Positions 41,584 to 52,997 are shown, counted from the first letter of the whole stretch. The stretch is DNA of 62,258 nucleotides, filler included, from Candidatus Omnitrophota bacterium (GCA_023140385.1; 5 parts of 5 records of this genome joined end to end with filler, not necessarily neighbours in it); one strand, 5' to 3'. Program-made: numbers and translations. The notes: a model not told the origin generated them from the letters alone.

Positions 41584-42702
41584 ACTTTTCTGACGATAAA
41601 ATAAAAAATGATTTATTAAAACACAGTAGTTTGATGTTTTTAGCTACAATAGTAAGCGGTTCGTTCAATTTTCTCCTTCAGATTGTAGCCAATCGCAAAT
41701 TGATGGAAGGTGATTTTGCTTTTATGTACTCATTGTTTACACTGAGTATGATTTTTGGTGTTTTGGGGATGTCGGTGCTGTCTATGATTTCAAAACAGAT
41801 ATCACACTACCGCGCCAGCGGCCAAGTCAGCAAGGTTTCGTATTTGTTAGTTCACACTCTTGGTAAAATTTCACTTATAGCGCTCGCGGTCTTTATTGTT
41901 TTTTTGCCGTTCGCGGGGAAAATTGCTTCCATTTTAAACAGACCTGGTGAGGTCACGGCTGTTATGGTTACCGGTTTTCTAATGTGTTTATCGGTTGTTG
42001 TGCCGGTGGTTTACGGCGCTTTGCAGGGTATGGAGCGATTTAAGCAGTGGTCATTAAGTATGATTATTTTTGCCGCATTGAGATTTACCATAGGTTGTTC
42101 TTTGATATATCTTGGCTTTAATGTAACGGGAGCGATAAGCGCTTCTATCATAGCTTATATATTAATTTTTGCTTTGATTTTTTATTGGCTTAAAGATGTA
42201 TTCTTTGGCGAGGAGAACCCCGTTAGGGATAACTTGATTGATTATTATAAAACGAGCTGGTGGATAGTGGTAGCTTTTTTATTTAATTATATTATTTGTT
42301 TTGTAGATATTTTGATTGTTCAGCACTATTTTATTGAAGGTTCTGCCGTATATTCCTCAGCTTCACTTTTAGGCAGGACAATATTTTATCTACCCCTGGC
42401 CCTGGCCGCTGGTATGTTTCCCAAGGTATCTGCCGCCTGCGCCGACAGGAAATGTCCGCTGCCGCTCTTAAAGACAACCTTGAAATACAGCTTTACTCTT
42501 TGCGCCTTGGCAGCCGTTATTATATGTACTTTGGCTGATTTTTTAGTAAGCTTGGTTTTAAAGAGCGCCTATAGCGCGGACGTTCCGGCATTATTAAGGA
42601 TTTTCGTTTTTGCCTTTATCCCTTACGCTTTGATTACTATCTTGATTTATTATAACATTGCCGCTCATAGGGTTAAAGTGCTCTGGGTGCTGTTGGGAGG
42701 CG
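41580..42702 (+). CDS. Wzx-like oligosaccharide flippase, truncated by contig end
   Basis: Multi-TM protein with GALQGMERF, at the end of the nucleotide-sugar cluster. Confidence 0.75.
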
Positions 42703-42802
42703 NNNNNNNNNNNNNNNNNNNNNNNNNNNNNNNNNNNNNNNNNNNNTTAATTAATTAANNNNNNNNNNNNNNNNNNNNNNNNNNNNNNNNNNNNNNNNNN
42801 NN
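42703..42802. other. artificial contig linker
   Basis: N-run, TTAATTAATTAA, N-run. Confidence 0.97.
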
Positions 42803-43397
42803 TATTTTCGAGATTAACTTCAAGTGTTTCAAGATTTCTGTTGTTTATGCCTATAATGGCCGGTTCTAAAGAAAGAACCTTTTTTATGTCCGCTTCATCA
42901 TGTACCTCTGTCAGGACGGCTATGTTCAGGCTTTTAGCGAGCGTCATAAACGCGGAAATTTCTTCTTTGCTTAGTACGCGGGCAATTAACAGTATGGCAT
43001 CAGACCCCAGATAAGCGGCATAATATATCTGATATTCGTCAATAAAGAAGTCCTTTTGGAGAATAGGCAGCCTGACACTCTTCCTTAATAATTTGACATA
43101 GTCCAATTCCCCTTTAAAAAAGTTTTTTTCGGTAAGAACACTTATGGCCTCAACTCCGCCTTCTTCGTAAAGACGGGCCGCCTCAAGGAGGTTGAAGTCA
43201 GGCATAAGGAGCCCTTTTGAAGGTGAGGACTTTTTGAGTTCGGCAATAATTGATATCTTATCCCGTTTTTTGAGGGCGTTATGAAATAGATTACCCCGGG
43301 AAAGCGCCTTTATTTTATCTTTTAGCTTATTGAGCGGCATACGCGCTTTTAGCTCTTCAATGTCTTTCCTTTTTCTTGCTATAATCTTATTTATCAT
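42803..43397 (-). CDS. trpC: indole-3-glycerol phosphate synthase, C-terminus missing
   Basis: IIAELKKSSPSKG, AISVLTE and IGINNRNL motifs. Confidence 0.93.
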
Positions 43398-44428
43398 AAT
43401 TCGTTGCTTACTTTTTTTAGTTGATTAAGTTTGTTAATAGCTTGTTGAGAGTCTATTGACTCTTCGGCAATTTTTATTCCGGCCTGAATATCATCGGTTT
43501 TAGAGGCGGCTGTTAACGCGGCCGCCGAATTCAAAAGCACTATATCGCGTTTTGGCCCCTTTTCGCCGCTTAGCACGTTGAGGGCAATCTCAGCATTTAC
43601 TTTGGCATCTTTACCGCGAATATCATTTAGGGTGGAACGGGGAATACCGAAATCTTCCGGCTTAATACAGTAGGTTTGTATTTTATTGTCTCTTAGTTCT
43701 GATACTTTTGTGCCGGAGGTAACCGTAATTTCATCCAGGCCGTCTAATCCGTGAACAACGAAGGCGCGGCGCGTACCCAGATTTTTTAACACCCGGGCAA
43801 TGACCTCCGTGAGGCTTTCGTCATAGACGCCTATTATCTGACTGTCCGCGCCGGCAGGATTAGTCAGGGGCCCGAGGACGTTAAAAATCGTTCTTATTCC
43901 AATTTCTCTTCTTGGCCCAATAGCGTATTTCATGGCCCCGTGATACAAAGGGGCGTATAAAAATCCGATTCCGATTTTTTTGACGCAGTCGGCTACCTTT
44001 TCGGGCGATAAGTCAATATTGACTCCCAGTTCTTTAAGGACGTCCGCTGAGCCGCACTGGCTTGAGATGGACCTGTTGCCGTGTTTAGCTACCTTTACTC
44101 CGCAGCCGGCAACAACAAAGGCTGAGATGGTAGAAACGTTGAAGGTATTTGTGCCCGAACCCCCCGTGCCGCAGGTATCAATGACCGTTTCTTCATTAAT
44201 ATTGACGGATGTTTTAACCTTAAGCTTTGTCGCTTTTTTCCTCATTATCCCGGCGGCTCCGGTTATCTCTTCTACCGTTTCTCCTTTTAATCTGAGGGCG
44301 GTTAAAAATGAGCCGATCTGGGCGTCTGTAGCTCCACCGCTCATAATCTGCTCGAATACCCCGGCCATTTGGTCTTCGCTTAAACTATTGCCCTTGATAA
44401 CTTCTTGTATTGCCTCTTTTATACTCAT
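43394..44428 (-). CDS. trpD: anthranilate phosphoribosyltransferase
   Basis: DTCGTGG, KHGNRS, GSADVL and RTIFNVLGPL motifs. Confidence 0.96.
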   Translation of the reverse strand: MSIKEAIQEVIKGNSLSEDQMAGVFEQIMSGGATDAQIGSFLTALRLKGETVEEITGAAGIMRKKATKLKVKTSVNINEETVIDTCGTGGSGTNTFNVSTISAFVVAGCGVKVAKHGNRSISSQCGSADVLKELGVNIDLSPEKVADCVKKIGIGFLYAPLYHGAMKYAIGPRREIGIRTIFNVLGPLTNPAGADSQIIGVYDESLTEVIARVLKNLGTRRAFVVHGLDGLDEITVTSGTKVSELRDNKIQTYCIKPEDFGIPRSTLNDIRGKDAKVNAEIALNVLSGEKGPKRDIVLLNSAAALTAASKTDDIQAGIKIAEESIDSQQAINKLNQLKKVSNEL

Positions 44429-44449
44429 TATAAATTACTCCAAAAACAA

Positions 44450-45016
44450 TTAGTCAAGTTTTATAAAATTGTTTAAGATTTTTTTTCCTTCAAGGGTCAA
44501 GATTGATTCAGGATGAAATTGTACCCCCCGGATTGGCAGGTTTTTGTGTCTAATTCCCATTATTTCATTGTCTTTAGTGCGGGCGGTTATTTTTAAACAT
44601 CGAGGAAGAGATTTCTTTTCAACGATAAGCGAGTGGTATCTGGTGGCCTCAAAAGGATTTTTTACCGTTTTAAATATATCTCCGCCGTTATGATATATAA
44701 GAGAAGTTTTACCATGCATAATTCTTTTTGCCCTTAGTACACGCCCGCCGAAAACCTCGGCAATACACTGATGCCCCAGGCAAACACCTAAAACAGGCAC
44801 CTTCGGGCCAAACTCCTTTATAACAGCCTTGGAAATACCCGCCTCATCCGGCCTTCCCGGCCCCGGTGAGATAACAATACGCTTGGGACGCATATCCGAA
44901 ATATCATCAAGCGAAATTTTATCATTACGGTAGACTTTTAACTTTTCTCCCATCTCACCGAGATATTGCACCAGGTTGTAGGTAAATGAGTCATAGTTAT
45001 CAATAACTAAAATCAT
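44450..45016 (-). CDS. trpG: anthranilate synthase component II
   Basis: [17 protein letters not shown] and QFHPES motifs, within the trp operon. Confidence 0.93.
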   Translation of the reverse strand: MILVIDNYDSFTYNLVQYLGEMGEKLKVYRNDKISLDDISDMRPKRIVISPGPGRPDEAGISKAVIKEFGPKVPVLGVCLGHQCIAEVFGGRVLRAKRIMHGKTSLIYHNGGDIFKTVKNPFEATRYHSLIVEKKSLPRCLKITARTKDNEIMGIRHKNLPIRGVQFHPESILTLEGKKILNNFIKLD

Positions 45017-46181
45017 CGCTCATAAGCCCTTCTGAATTTTCCGCTAATTCAATTGCCTTTTGCATACCCTTACTTTTATTAATTGTCTCCTGATACTCCT
45101 TTTCGGCTACGGAGTCCGCCACTATGCCGGCTCCGGCCTGGATATAGGCCGTCCGGCCCTTTACTATGATAGTCCGAATGATAATACAGGAATCTAAATT
45201 TCCTGAGAAACTGAAGTAGGTAACACATCCGGCATAAGGCCCTCTTTTATCCCGCTCCAGCTCTTCAATGATTTCCATGGCTCTGACTTTAGGGGCTCCT
45301 GAAACTGTACCCGCGGGAAAGGTGCTTTTTATTACGTCAAACATATCCTTTCCCTTTTTAAGTTTTCCGGCGCAGCCGCTTACTATATGTGAGACATGTG
45401 AATACTTTTCAACGCCCATCAACTCCGGCACTTTAACGCTTCCGTATTTAGAAACCCGGCCGATGTCATTTCTGCCTAAGTCGACCAGCATAATGTGTTC
45501 CGCCCTTTCCTTGGGGTCGCTGAGAAGATCTTTTATCAGTTTTTCATCCTCTTTTTCGTCTTTTCCGCGCGGCCGTGTTCCGGCAATGGGCCTTAATTCT
45601 ATTGAGTTGTCTTCTAATCGAACCATTATTTCCGGTGATGAGCCAATAAGCTTCAGATCCTTAAATTTAAGATAATACATATAAGGTGACGGATTGACAT
45701 ACCTCAAGGCGCGGTATATATTAAAAGGTTTTGTCCTTATTTGGGTCTTAAGCCGTTGCGAGAGTACAACTTGGATGATGTCGCCTTTTCTAATGTACTC
45801 CTTTGCTTTTTTAACTATTTGCTTAAATCCGGCCTTGGTCATATTAGACGTTACGGGACTCTTAGCTTTTTTTCTCCGGTGGACCGGTTGCCTGCTCCGC
45901 CGGCTTTCTTTTTTTAATAAATCAATAATAGTATCTATTTTTTTTATTGCCAAATTATAGGCATCTTCAACTTTTTGGCCTTTTACAAAAGCGTTGGATA
46001 CTACCTTCAGGGTTTTGTTGATGTTGTCAAAGATGAGAATGGTGTCGGTCAGCATTAAAATGGAATCCGGGAGTTTCAAAGTGTCCTTTGACTTTTCAGG
46101 CAGGTCTTCGATAAAACGCACCATATCATAACCTATGTATCCTACGAAACCGCCGCAGAATCTGGGAAGGCCTTTTGTTTT
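45000..46181 (-). CDS. trpE: anthranilate synthase component I, N-terminus missing
   Basis: [33 protein letters not shown] and [10 protein letters not shown] motifs. Confidence 0.94.
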   Translation of the reverse strand, partial: KTKGLPRFCGGFVGYIGYDMVRFIEDLPEKSKDTLKLPDSILMLTDTILIFDNINKTLKVVSNAFVKGQKVEDAYNLAIKKIDTIIDLLKKESRRSRQPVHRRKKAKSPVTSNMTKAGFKQIVKKAKEYIRKGDIIQVVLSQRLKTQIRTKPFNIYRALRYVNPSPYMYYLKFKDLKLIGSSPEIMVRLEDNSIELRPIAGTRPRGKDEKEDEKLIKDLLSDPKERAEHIMLVDLGRNDIGRVSKYGSVKVPELMGVEKYSHVSHIVSGCAGKLKKGKDMFDVIKSTFPAGTVSGAPKVRAMEIIEELERDKRGPYAGCVTYFSFSGNLDSCIIIRTIIVKGRTAYIQAGAGIVADSVAEKEYQETINKSKGMQKAIELAENSEGLMSDDFSY

Positions 46182-46281
46182 NNNNNNNNNNNNNNNNNNN
46201 NNNNNNNNNNNNNNNNNNNNNNNNNTTAATTAATTAANNNNNNNNNNNNNNNNNNNNNNNNNNNNNNNNNNNNNNNNNNNN
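46182..46281. other. artificial contig linker
   Basis: N-run, TTAATTAATTAA, N-run. Confidence 0.97.
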
Positions 46282-46367
46282 TGAAAGAGGCTCCGCTTAC
46301 AACTCCGGTAAAAAGACTGGACGAAGTGAAAGCGGCCAGAGAACTTAATTTAAGATGGCTTCCTTAA
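46282..46367 (+). CDS. gcvPB: C-terminal tail of glycine dehydrogenase subunit 2
   Basis: Manual translation KEAPLTTPVKRLDEVKAARELNLRWLP* matches the characteristic GcvPB C-terminus. Lipoate genes follow. Confidence 0.75.
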
Positions 46368-47212
46368 ATAGATGGCGGTTTCTAAGCAGCGGATTTTCTG
46401 ATGCTTATACTAATATGGCGGTGGATGAAGCGCTGTTTTTAGAGCGTATTTCGGGTAATACCCCCAGCACTTTCAGGATATACAGTTGGAGGCCGGCGGC
46501 CTACTCTTTTGGTTACTTTCAAAAGGTGGAGAAAGAGCTTGATCTACCGGTTTGCGGGAGTAAGGGAATTGATGTTGTAAGGCGGATGACAGGAGGCGGC
46601 ATAATATACCATGATCAGGAACTTACTTACAGCATTACCTGTTCAAAAGATGATTTAAAAACCGCTAATATAAAGGGTTCTTTTAAAGAGCTTTGTTCTT
46701 TTATTATAAAGGGTTATGAGAAAATGGGCATTAAGGCGGACTTTGCTGATGAGGTAAATAGCGCCAAAAAAAACAAACGAGAGTTTTCTTCTTTTTGCTT
46801 TAATTCCAACGAAGAGAGTGACCTAATTGTTGAAGGGAAAAAAATTGGCGGTAACGCCCAGAGAAGAAGGAAAAATATTATATTTCAGCACGGTTCAATT
46901 CCGATCAGGATTGATATTGAAAAGTCGATAGCTAACTTACATAAGCCGCCTTGTGATATAGAAAAGAATATCTCCAGCTTAGAGAGCATCCTAAAAAAGA
47001 AGTTGACATTTTCAGAGGTTGAACATATCCTAATAGAATCCTTCAGAGAAACCTTTAGGGTGGAGATGGAGGCCGGTTCATTGACAGAGAAGGAAGAAAA
47101 ATTAGCAGACGAATTGAGGGAGAGCAAATACTTAAATCTCAAATGGAAGTTGAACTCTCGGACTGACCTTTGTAACTGTGTTAAAAAAGAAAACTATGCT
47201 AACTGCTGTTAG
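46355..47212 (+). CDS. lipoate-protein ligase A / LipM family protein
   Basis: NMAVDEAL, VRRMTGGG.IYHD and KKIGGNAQRR...QHGSI motifs. Confidence 0.88.
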   Translation: MASLNRWRFLSSGFSDAYTNMAVDEALFLERISGNTPSTFRIYSWRPAAYSFGYFQKVEKELDLPVCGSKGIDVVRRMTGGGIIYHDQELTYSITCSKDDLKTANIKGSFKELCSFIIKGYEKMGIKADFADEVNSAKKNKREFSSFCFNSNEESDLIVEGKKIGGNAQRRRKNIIFQHGSIPIRIDIEKSIANLHKPPCDIEKNISSLESILKKKLTFSEVEHILIESFRETFRVEMEAGSLTEKEEKLADELRESKYLNLKWKLNSRTDLCNCVKKENYANCC

Positions 47213-48056
47213 AAAACCCGCGTGGTTGAATAAGAAGATTAGGCTTGCTGATTGCGGCGGGGTAAAGTCTTTGCTTTCGGGGCTGAATCTTAACACCGTC
47301 TGTTGGGAGGCCGGGTGTCCGAATATTGCTGACTGTTATAAGAGGGGGCAGGCTACTTTTTTGATATTGGGCAAGGTTTGTACCAGAAATTGCCGGTTTT
47401 GCGGGATAGAGAAAGGGAGGCCGGTTGAGCCTGATGAGAGTGAGGCGGAGCGTATTGCCGAAGCTGTCAGGCGCCTTAACTTAAAACACGTAGTAATTAC
47501 CAGTGTTACCCGGGATGACCTGCCTTTGGGCGGCGCCCCGTATTTCGCGAAGGTAGTATCTTTGATACGCCGGGAGACTCAGGCGAAGTCAATTGAGGTA
47601 TTGATTCCCGACTTTGAACTTAAAAGGGAAGCTATCGGGCTGGTAATTGAGGCCGGGCCGGATGTTATTAATCACAACGTTGAAACAGTACCGTCGCTTT
47701 ATAGCGAGGTAAGGCCTATGGCCGATTATAAACGGTCGCTGGAGGTTTTAAGAGTAGTTAAAAAAGCGGATAAAGGTATTTATACCAAGTCCGGAATTAT
47801 GGTAGGGTTGGGAGAAAAGAAGAGGGAGGTGCTGAGCCTGTTTAAGGATCTGAGAGAGGTTGGTTGTGACTTTCTGACTATTGGACAGTATCTTAATCCC
47901 AGTAAAAATCATCACCCCGTAGTTGATTTTATAAACCCGGAAAAATTTAAAGAGTATAAACAAGAAGCCCTTGAAAGAGGCTTTAAATTTGTAGCCAGTG
48001 CACCTTATGTGAGAAGTTCATATAAAGCGAGAGAAGCTTTAGAGAGTGTAAAATAA
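47196..48056 (+). CDS. lipA: lipoyl synthase
   Basis: CWEAGCPNIADC, CTRNCRFC and VRSSY motifs. Confidence 0.95.
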   Translation: MLTAVRKPAWLNKKIRLADCGGVKSLLSGLNLNTVCWEAGCPNIADCYKRGQATFLILGKVCTRNCRFCGIEKGRPVEPDESEAERIAEAVRRLNLKHVVITSVTRDDLPLGGAPYFAKVVSLIRRETQAKSIEVLIPDFELKREAIGLVIEAGPDVINHNVETVPSLYSEVRPMADYKRSLEVLRVVKKADKGIYTKSGIMVGLGEKKREVLSLFKDLREVGCDFLTIGQYLNPSKNHHPVVDFINPEKFKEYKQEALERGFKFVASAPYVRSSYKAREALESVK

Positions 48057-48098
48057 ATTAATCGTCCAAGCGGACACTTATTGAAAGGGGTTAACTTA

Positions 48099-50261
48099 AT
48101 GCAGACTTACGCGTATGGCTTTCCTAGATTAGGAGAGAACAGAGAATTTAAGAAAGTAACTGAAAAGTATTGGAAAAAAAGTATTTCAGAGGCTGAACTT
48201 AAAAGCGGCCTTAAGGCTATTGAAGAAGGTATGTTATCAGCCTATGAGGAAAATGTTGATAAGTTTCCCGTTGGGGAGATGACTATGTATGACAATATGC
48301 TCGACACGGCTATTATGCTGGGCTTAGAAAATTATAATACCCCGGATGAATATTATGAACTTTGCCGCGGCAAAGACGCGCTTGAGATGACCAAGTGGTT
48401 TAATACTAATTACCATTATCTGGTTTCAGAAATTAACTCCGGCGATTTTAGAGCGGCCTGGAACAAGGCTGGGGAAAAAAAGGAAGAATATAACAAGGGT
48501 ATTCCGTATTATATCGGCCCTTTTACGTTCCTGAAACTTTCTAAAGGTATAGTAAAAGATAGTTTCAAAGAGATGCTTCTGAAATTAGCCGATGTTTATC
48601 GTGAGCTTATAAAAGATTTTGATGAAGTGCATATTGATGAGCCCGCCTTTGTTTTAGAGCTTGAGGCTGATGAAATAGCCGCCATAAAAGAGGCTTATAA
48701 GAAGTTCGAAGGCTTGGGCGTAAAGATTAACCTCTTTACGTACTACGAAGCGGTTGATTTTTTAAGCGACCTGTATGAACTACCGGTGGCCGCTATAGGC
48801 CTTGATTTTATTAACGGCAGGGCGAATCTTGACAACATCAAGAAAATAGGTTTTCCCGAAGATAAAACTCTTATAGCCGGTGTGGTTGACGGAAGAAATA
48901 TCTGGCGTACCGACATAAAGAAAACGGTTGAACTGGTAAAAGAGCTTGCGGGTGTTGCTAAAGATGTAGTGATTTCTAACGCGGCGCCGCTTTACCATCT
49001 GCCGGTTACTATTGAAGGTGAAGATTTAGACGAAAGACTTTTAAATAAAATATCTTTCGCCAAAGAAAGACTTAATGAGCTTAAACTGATAAAGGAAGTC
49101 TTTGAAGGCAATACTGAAGCTGCCGCCGGCTGGAATGAGGATGACAGTAACTATGGCCTAAACCAGCAGATTAAAGATAAAATCTCTAATTTAAAAGACG
49201 GCGATTTTGTAAAAAGTACTCCTTATGCCCAAAGGGATAAAATGCAAAGAGAAATTCTTAACCTGCCTTTATTTCCCACGACCACTATCGGCAGTTATCC
49301 CCAGGATAAGGAATTAAGAGCCAAGAGAGCCGCTTTTAGAAAAGGTAGTTTAAGTGAGGCTGATTACAAAGAATTCATCAAGGGCAAAATTGACAACCTG
49401 ATTAAATTCCAGGAAGATATGGGCCTTGATGTCTTTGTTCACGGTGAGTTTGAGAGAACCGATATGGTTGAATTCTTTGCTCAGAAGTTAGACGGTATTG
49501 CTACCACTAAAAAAGGGTTTATTATTTCTTATGGCACCAGAGGCTATAGGCCGCCGATTATTTTTGGTGAGGTATCACGTCCCGAATCTATGACTATCGA
49601 GGAAGTTAAGTATGCCCAGAGTTTAACTAAAAAAACAGTTAAAGGTATGCTTACCGGGCCGGTAACAATAATTGCCTGGAGTTTTAACAGAATCGATATA
49701 CCTGTTAAAGAAGTTGCTTATCAGATAGGGCTTTGCCTGCAGGATGAGGTAAAAGATTATGAAGAAGCCGGCATCAAGATTGTTCAGATAGATGAGGCGG
49801 CTTACAGAGAAAAAGCTCCTATTAAGAAAAAAGACTGGCCTAAATATTTTGACTGGGCGGCTAAATGCTTTAATCTCTCGTCCATTTCCAAACCGGAGAC
49901 CCAGATTCACACCCACATGTGTTATTCCGAGTTCGGCGAGATTATAAACTATATCTGCCGGATGGATTTCGACTGTATTACTATCGAGGCTACCAGAAGT
50001 AAGGGTGACATTATTAAAGACTTTAAAAAAGTTAACTTTGATAGGCAGATAGGCCTGGGTGTCTGGGATATTCATTCACCGGCTGTACCTAGTGTAGAGG
50101 ATATGGAAGAAGTTGTCAGAGGCTCTTTAGAAGCCCTTTCAAAAGAAAACTTCTGGATTAATCCCGACTGCGGCCTTAAGACCAGAGACTGGCCGGAGAC
50201 AGAAGCTTCATTAAAGAATTTAGTAACCACGGCTAAAAAGTTACGCGAGGAATTAAAGTAA
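48099..50261 (+). CDS. metE: cobalamin-independent methionine synthase
   Basis: KWFNTNYHY, HGEFERTDMVE, HTHMCYS and NPDCGLKTR motifs. Confidence 0.96.
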   Translation: MQTYAYGFPRLGENREFKKVTEKYWKKSISEAELKSGLKAIEEGMLSAYEENVDKFPVGEMTMYDNMLDTAIMLGLENYNTPDEYYELCRGKDALEMTKWFNTNYHYLVSEINSGDFRAAWNKAGEKKEEYNKGIPYYIGPFTFLKLSKGIVKDSFKEMLLKLADVYRELIKDFDEVHIDEPAFVLELEADEIAAIKEAYKKFEGLGVKINLFTYYEAVDFLSDLYELPVAAIGLDFINGRANLDNIKKIGFPEDKTLIAGVVDGRNIWRTDIKKTVELVKELAGVAKDVVISNAAPLYHLPVTIEGEDLDERLLNKISFAKERLNELKLIKEVFEGNTEAAAGWNEDDSNYGLNQQIKDKISNLKDGDFVKSTPYAQRDKMQREILNLPLFPTTTIGSYPQDKELRAKRAAFRKGSLSEADYKEFIKGKIDNLIKFQEDMGLDVFVHGEFERTDMVEFFAQKLDGIATTKKGFIISYGTRGYRPPIIFGEVSRPESMTIEEVKYAQSLTKKTVKGMLTGPVTIIAWSFNRIDIPVKEVAYQIGLCLQDEVKDYEEAGIKIVQIDEAAYREKAPIKKKDWPKYFDWAAKCFNLSSISKPETQIHTHMCYSEFGEIINYICRMDFDCITIEATRSKGDIIKDFKKVNFDRQIGLGVWDIHSPAVPSVEDMEEVVRGSLEALSKENFWINPDCGLKTRDWPETEASLKNLVTTAKKLREELK

Positions 50262-51001
50262 TGCCAGAGAAAGAACTTAAAGTAAAACTTTTAAGTTCAA
50301 CTCCTGATGCTTTGTCATTAATATACGCGGCTTGCAGACAATGCTATTCAGCGGAATTCGCGGGCGATATATTTGAGAAGGCCAAAGAAGATTCCGGGAA
50401 GATGGCGGAGTTTATTACTAAAATAGCCGCCTCAGGCCACGAGAGCCCGCTGGAGCACGTTAAGTTTACCTTTGCGGTTCAAGGTGTTTCGCGCGCTTTA
50501 ACCCATCAGTTAGTTCGACATAGATTAGCGTCATATTCCCAGCAAAGCCAGAGATATGTTAAGGAAGATAATTTCAGTTTTATTGTTCCCCCCACAATTA
50601 AAAAAGACCCGGAGGCCTTAAAGGAATATGAGGATGTCTTGGGCCGTATTCAAAAAGGGTATAATCGCCTATTGCATTTACTAAAAAGTAAGGGTATAGT
50701 TGGGGAAAAGGCTAATCAGGACGCCAGATTCGTTTTACCGCAAGGATCGGAGACCAAAATAGTTATTACCATGAATGCTCGTGAGCTATTGCATTTCTTT
50801 TCTCTAAGGTGCTGCAGTCGTGCCCAGTGGGAAATAAAGGCCTTAGCCGATAAAATGCTGGTTATTTGCAAAAAAGAACTGCCGGCTGTTTTTTCAAAGG
50901 CGGGGGCTAAATGCGAAGCCTTGGAGTACTGTCCCGAGGGCAAAAAGTTTACCTGCGGCAGGTATCCGCTGAAAAAGGATGTAATCAAGGAATCCAGGTA
51001 A
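50261..51001 (+). CDS. thyX: FAD-dependent thymidylate synthase
   Basis: GHESPLEH, RHRLASYSQQSQRY and AQWEI motifs. Confidence 0.95.
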   Translation: MPEKELKVKLLSSTPDALSLIYAACRQCYSAEFAGDIFEKAKEDSGKMAEFITKIAASGHESPLEHVKFTFAVQGVSRALTHQLVRHRLASYSQQSQRYVKEDNFSFIVPPTIKKDPEALKEYEDVLGRIQKGYNRLLHLLKSKGIVGEKANQDARFVLPQGSETKIVITMNARELLHFFSLRCCSRAQWEIKALADKMLVICKKELPAVFSKAGAKCEALEYCPEGKKFTCGRYPLKKDVIKESR

Positions 51002-51004
51002 TTA

Positions 51005-52852
51005 ATGGATAAAAAAAAGAGATTAAAGAAAGAGCTTTCGCTTCTGGATGTTTTCTGTATAGCCTCGGGGGCGATGATTAGTTCGGGTTTGTTTATTTTG
51101 CCGGGTATTGCCTCAGCGGAGGTGGGTCCGGCGCTTTTTGTTTCTTATATAGTAGCGAGTTTCTTTGCTATTCCGACAGTTTTGAGCCAGGCTGAACTGG
51201 TTACGGCTATGCCCAAGGCGGGGGGAGATTACTTTTTTATTGCCAGAAGCATGGGGCCGGCGGTAGGGACAATTGGCGGCTTGGCGACCTGGTTTTCTTT
51301 GACTTTAAAGAGCGCTTTTGCCTTGTTGGGGATAAGCGCCTATATGGCTCTTTTGGTGCATGTTCCAAAAGAATTAATTGCCGTTTTGTTTTGTGTTTTA
51401 TTTATGTTTGTCAATTTAAAGGGCGCGAAGCATGCCGGCAGGTTTCAGGTGGGTATGGTTTTGGCGTTAATTGCCCTCCTTGTTTTATATGTCATAAAAG
51501 GTTTTACCCACATTCAGGTTTCCAGATTTAGTCCCTTTGTTCCCTTTGGCGCCGGCTCTGTTTTTTCCACAGCCGGTTTTATCTTCATCTCTTACGGCGG
51601 GCTTACAAAGATTGCCAGCGTGGCTGAGGAGATAAAAAATCCGTCAAAAAATATTCCCTTAGGTATGATACTTTCTCTCATTATAATTGGAATAATATAC
51701 GGTTTAGTTGTTTTTGTCACCACCGGTTTATTGGATCCCGAGGTGCTTCACGGTTCCCTGACGCCTATCTCTGACGGTGCCCGGGTTGCTATGTTTGGCT
51801 GGGGAGCGGCCATAATGGCGGTAGCGGCTGTTTTGGCTTTTGTCTCTACTGCCAACGCGGGGATTATGTCGGCTTCAAGATATCCCATGGCAATGAGCAG
51901 AGACAACCTTGCCCCGGCTTTTTTAGCCAGGGTAGGCAGTAAATCAAAGATTCCATACTTTTCGGTAGTCCTAACAGCCGTTTTTATGATTTTGGCTGTT
52001 CTATTTCTGCGGCTTGAATTGTTGGTTAAGGCGGCCAGTGTTTTCTTAATCCTCATCTATATGCTTATAAACGCCGCTTTAATTATTATGCGTGAGAGCA
52101 GAATTACTAATTATAAACCGACCTTCAAGAGCCCGCTTTATCCCTGGATGCAAATCGCGGGCATAATAGGCTGTTTGTTTTTAATATATCAGATGGGGAC
52201 GGTCCCTATTGCTATGGCCATAATATTCGTAGTAGCCGGTTTTGTCTGGTATCTTTGTTATGGAATGTTAAGAGTAAAAAGAACATCCGCCTTAATTCAC
52301 ATCGTGGAGCGTTTGACCAGCAAAGATCTGGCTGATGACTTATTAAGAGTGGAGCTTAAGGAGATAATAAGGGAGAGAGACGACATATCCGAAGACCGCT
52401 TTGATGGGCTTATTAAAGAGGCGGTTGTGCTCGACATAGATAAAAGTGTCGAGATGGAGGAGTTTTTCAAAATCGTATCAAAGAAGTTAGCGGTGAAATT
52501 TGAGATTACGGCTGATTATATTTACAACCTGTTGATAAAACGCGAAAAGGAATCAAGCACCGTTATCAAGGACGGCTTGGCTATCCCCCACATCGTTACC
52601 GGAGAAGGTAAGGGTTTTCATATTTTGGTAGCGCGCTGTAAAGAGGGCGTGAAGTTTTACGGATCCAGAAAACCGGTTAACACTGTATTTGTTCTGGCAG
52701 GAGCTAAGGGAGAGAGGAACTTTCACCTAAAGGCGTTATCTGCCATAGCCCAAATTGCCCAAAAGAAACACTTTGAAGAGCTCTGGATGAAGGCCAAAAA
52801 CGAAGAAGAGTTAAGAGATATAGTTCTCCTCGCCGAAAGACACAGGGTTTAA
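51005..52852 (+). CDS. APC amino-acid permease fused to a C-terminal PTS EIIA domain
   Basis: GAMISSGLFILPG and about 12 TMs, followed by REKESST...GLAIPH...HLKALSAIA. Confidence 0.85.
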   Translation: MDKKKRLKKELSLLDVFCIASGAMISSGLFILPGIASAEVGPALFVSYIVASFFAIPTVLSQAELVTAMPKAGGDYFFIARSMGPAVGTIGGLATWFSLTLKSAFALLGISAYMALLVHVPKELIAVLFCVLFMFVNLKGAKHAGRFQVGMVLALIALLVLYVIKGFTHIQVSRFSPFVPFGAGSVFSTAGFIFISYGGLTKIASVAEEIKNPSKNIPLGMILSLIIIGIIYGLVVFVTTGLLDPEVLHGSLTPISDGARVAMFGWGAAIMAVAAVLAFVSTANAGIMSASRYPMAMSRDNLAPAFLARVGSKSKIPYFSVVLTAVFMILAVLFLRLELLVKAASVFLILIYMLINAALIIMRESRITNYKPTFKSPLYPWMQIAGIIGCLFLIYQMGTVPIAMAIIFVVAGFVWYLCYGMLRVKRTSALIHIVERLTSKDLADDLLRVELKEIIRERDDISEDRFDGLIKEAVVLDIDKSVEMEEFFKIVSKKLAVKFEITADYIYNLLIKREKESSTVIKDGLAIPHIVTGEGKGFHILVARCKEGVKFYGSRKPVNTVFVLAGAKGERNFHLKALSAIAQIAQKKHFEELWMKAKNEEELRDIVLLAERHRV

Positions 52853-52997
52853 AAGACTTTTACCTCCCCTGCCCCGAGGTAACAGCCGGGCGCGGTATTT
52901 CGTTTTTCGGGAAACCATAAGGATGCGGAGGATGGTAGCTCAAGAGGCACAAAATGAGGATGTGTTTTTAAGAGCAAGATTGAAATAAGAGTAAAGT

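Noticed and set aside
42703..42802. TTAATTAATTAA repeats and XXXLIN protein C-termini
   Set aside because: Artificial linker, not biological sequence.
48057..48098. SAM or cobalamin riboswitch before metE
   Set aside because: The intergenic gap is about 40 nt with no aptamer motifs.
52886..52897. GCCGGGCGCGGT resembling the 5' end of SRP/Alu RNA
   Set aside because: Only a 12-nt match, and the SRP domain IV motif is absent.
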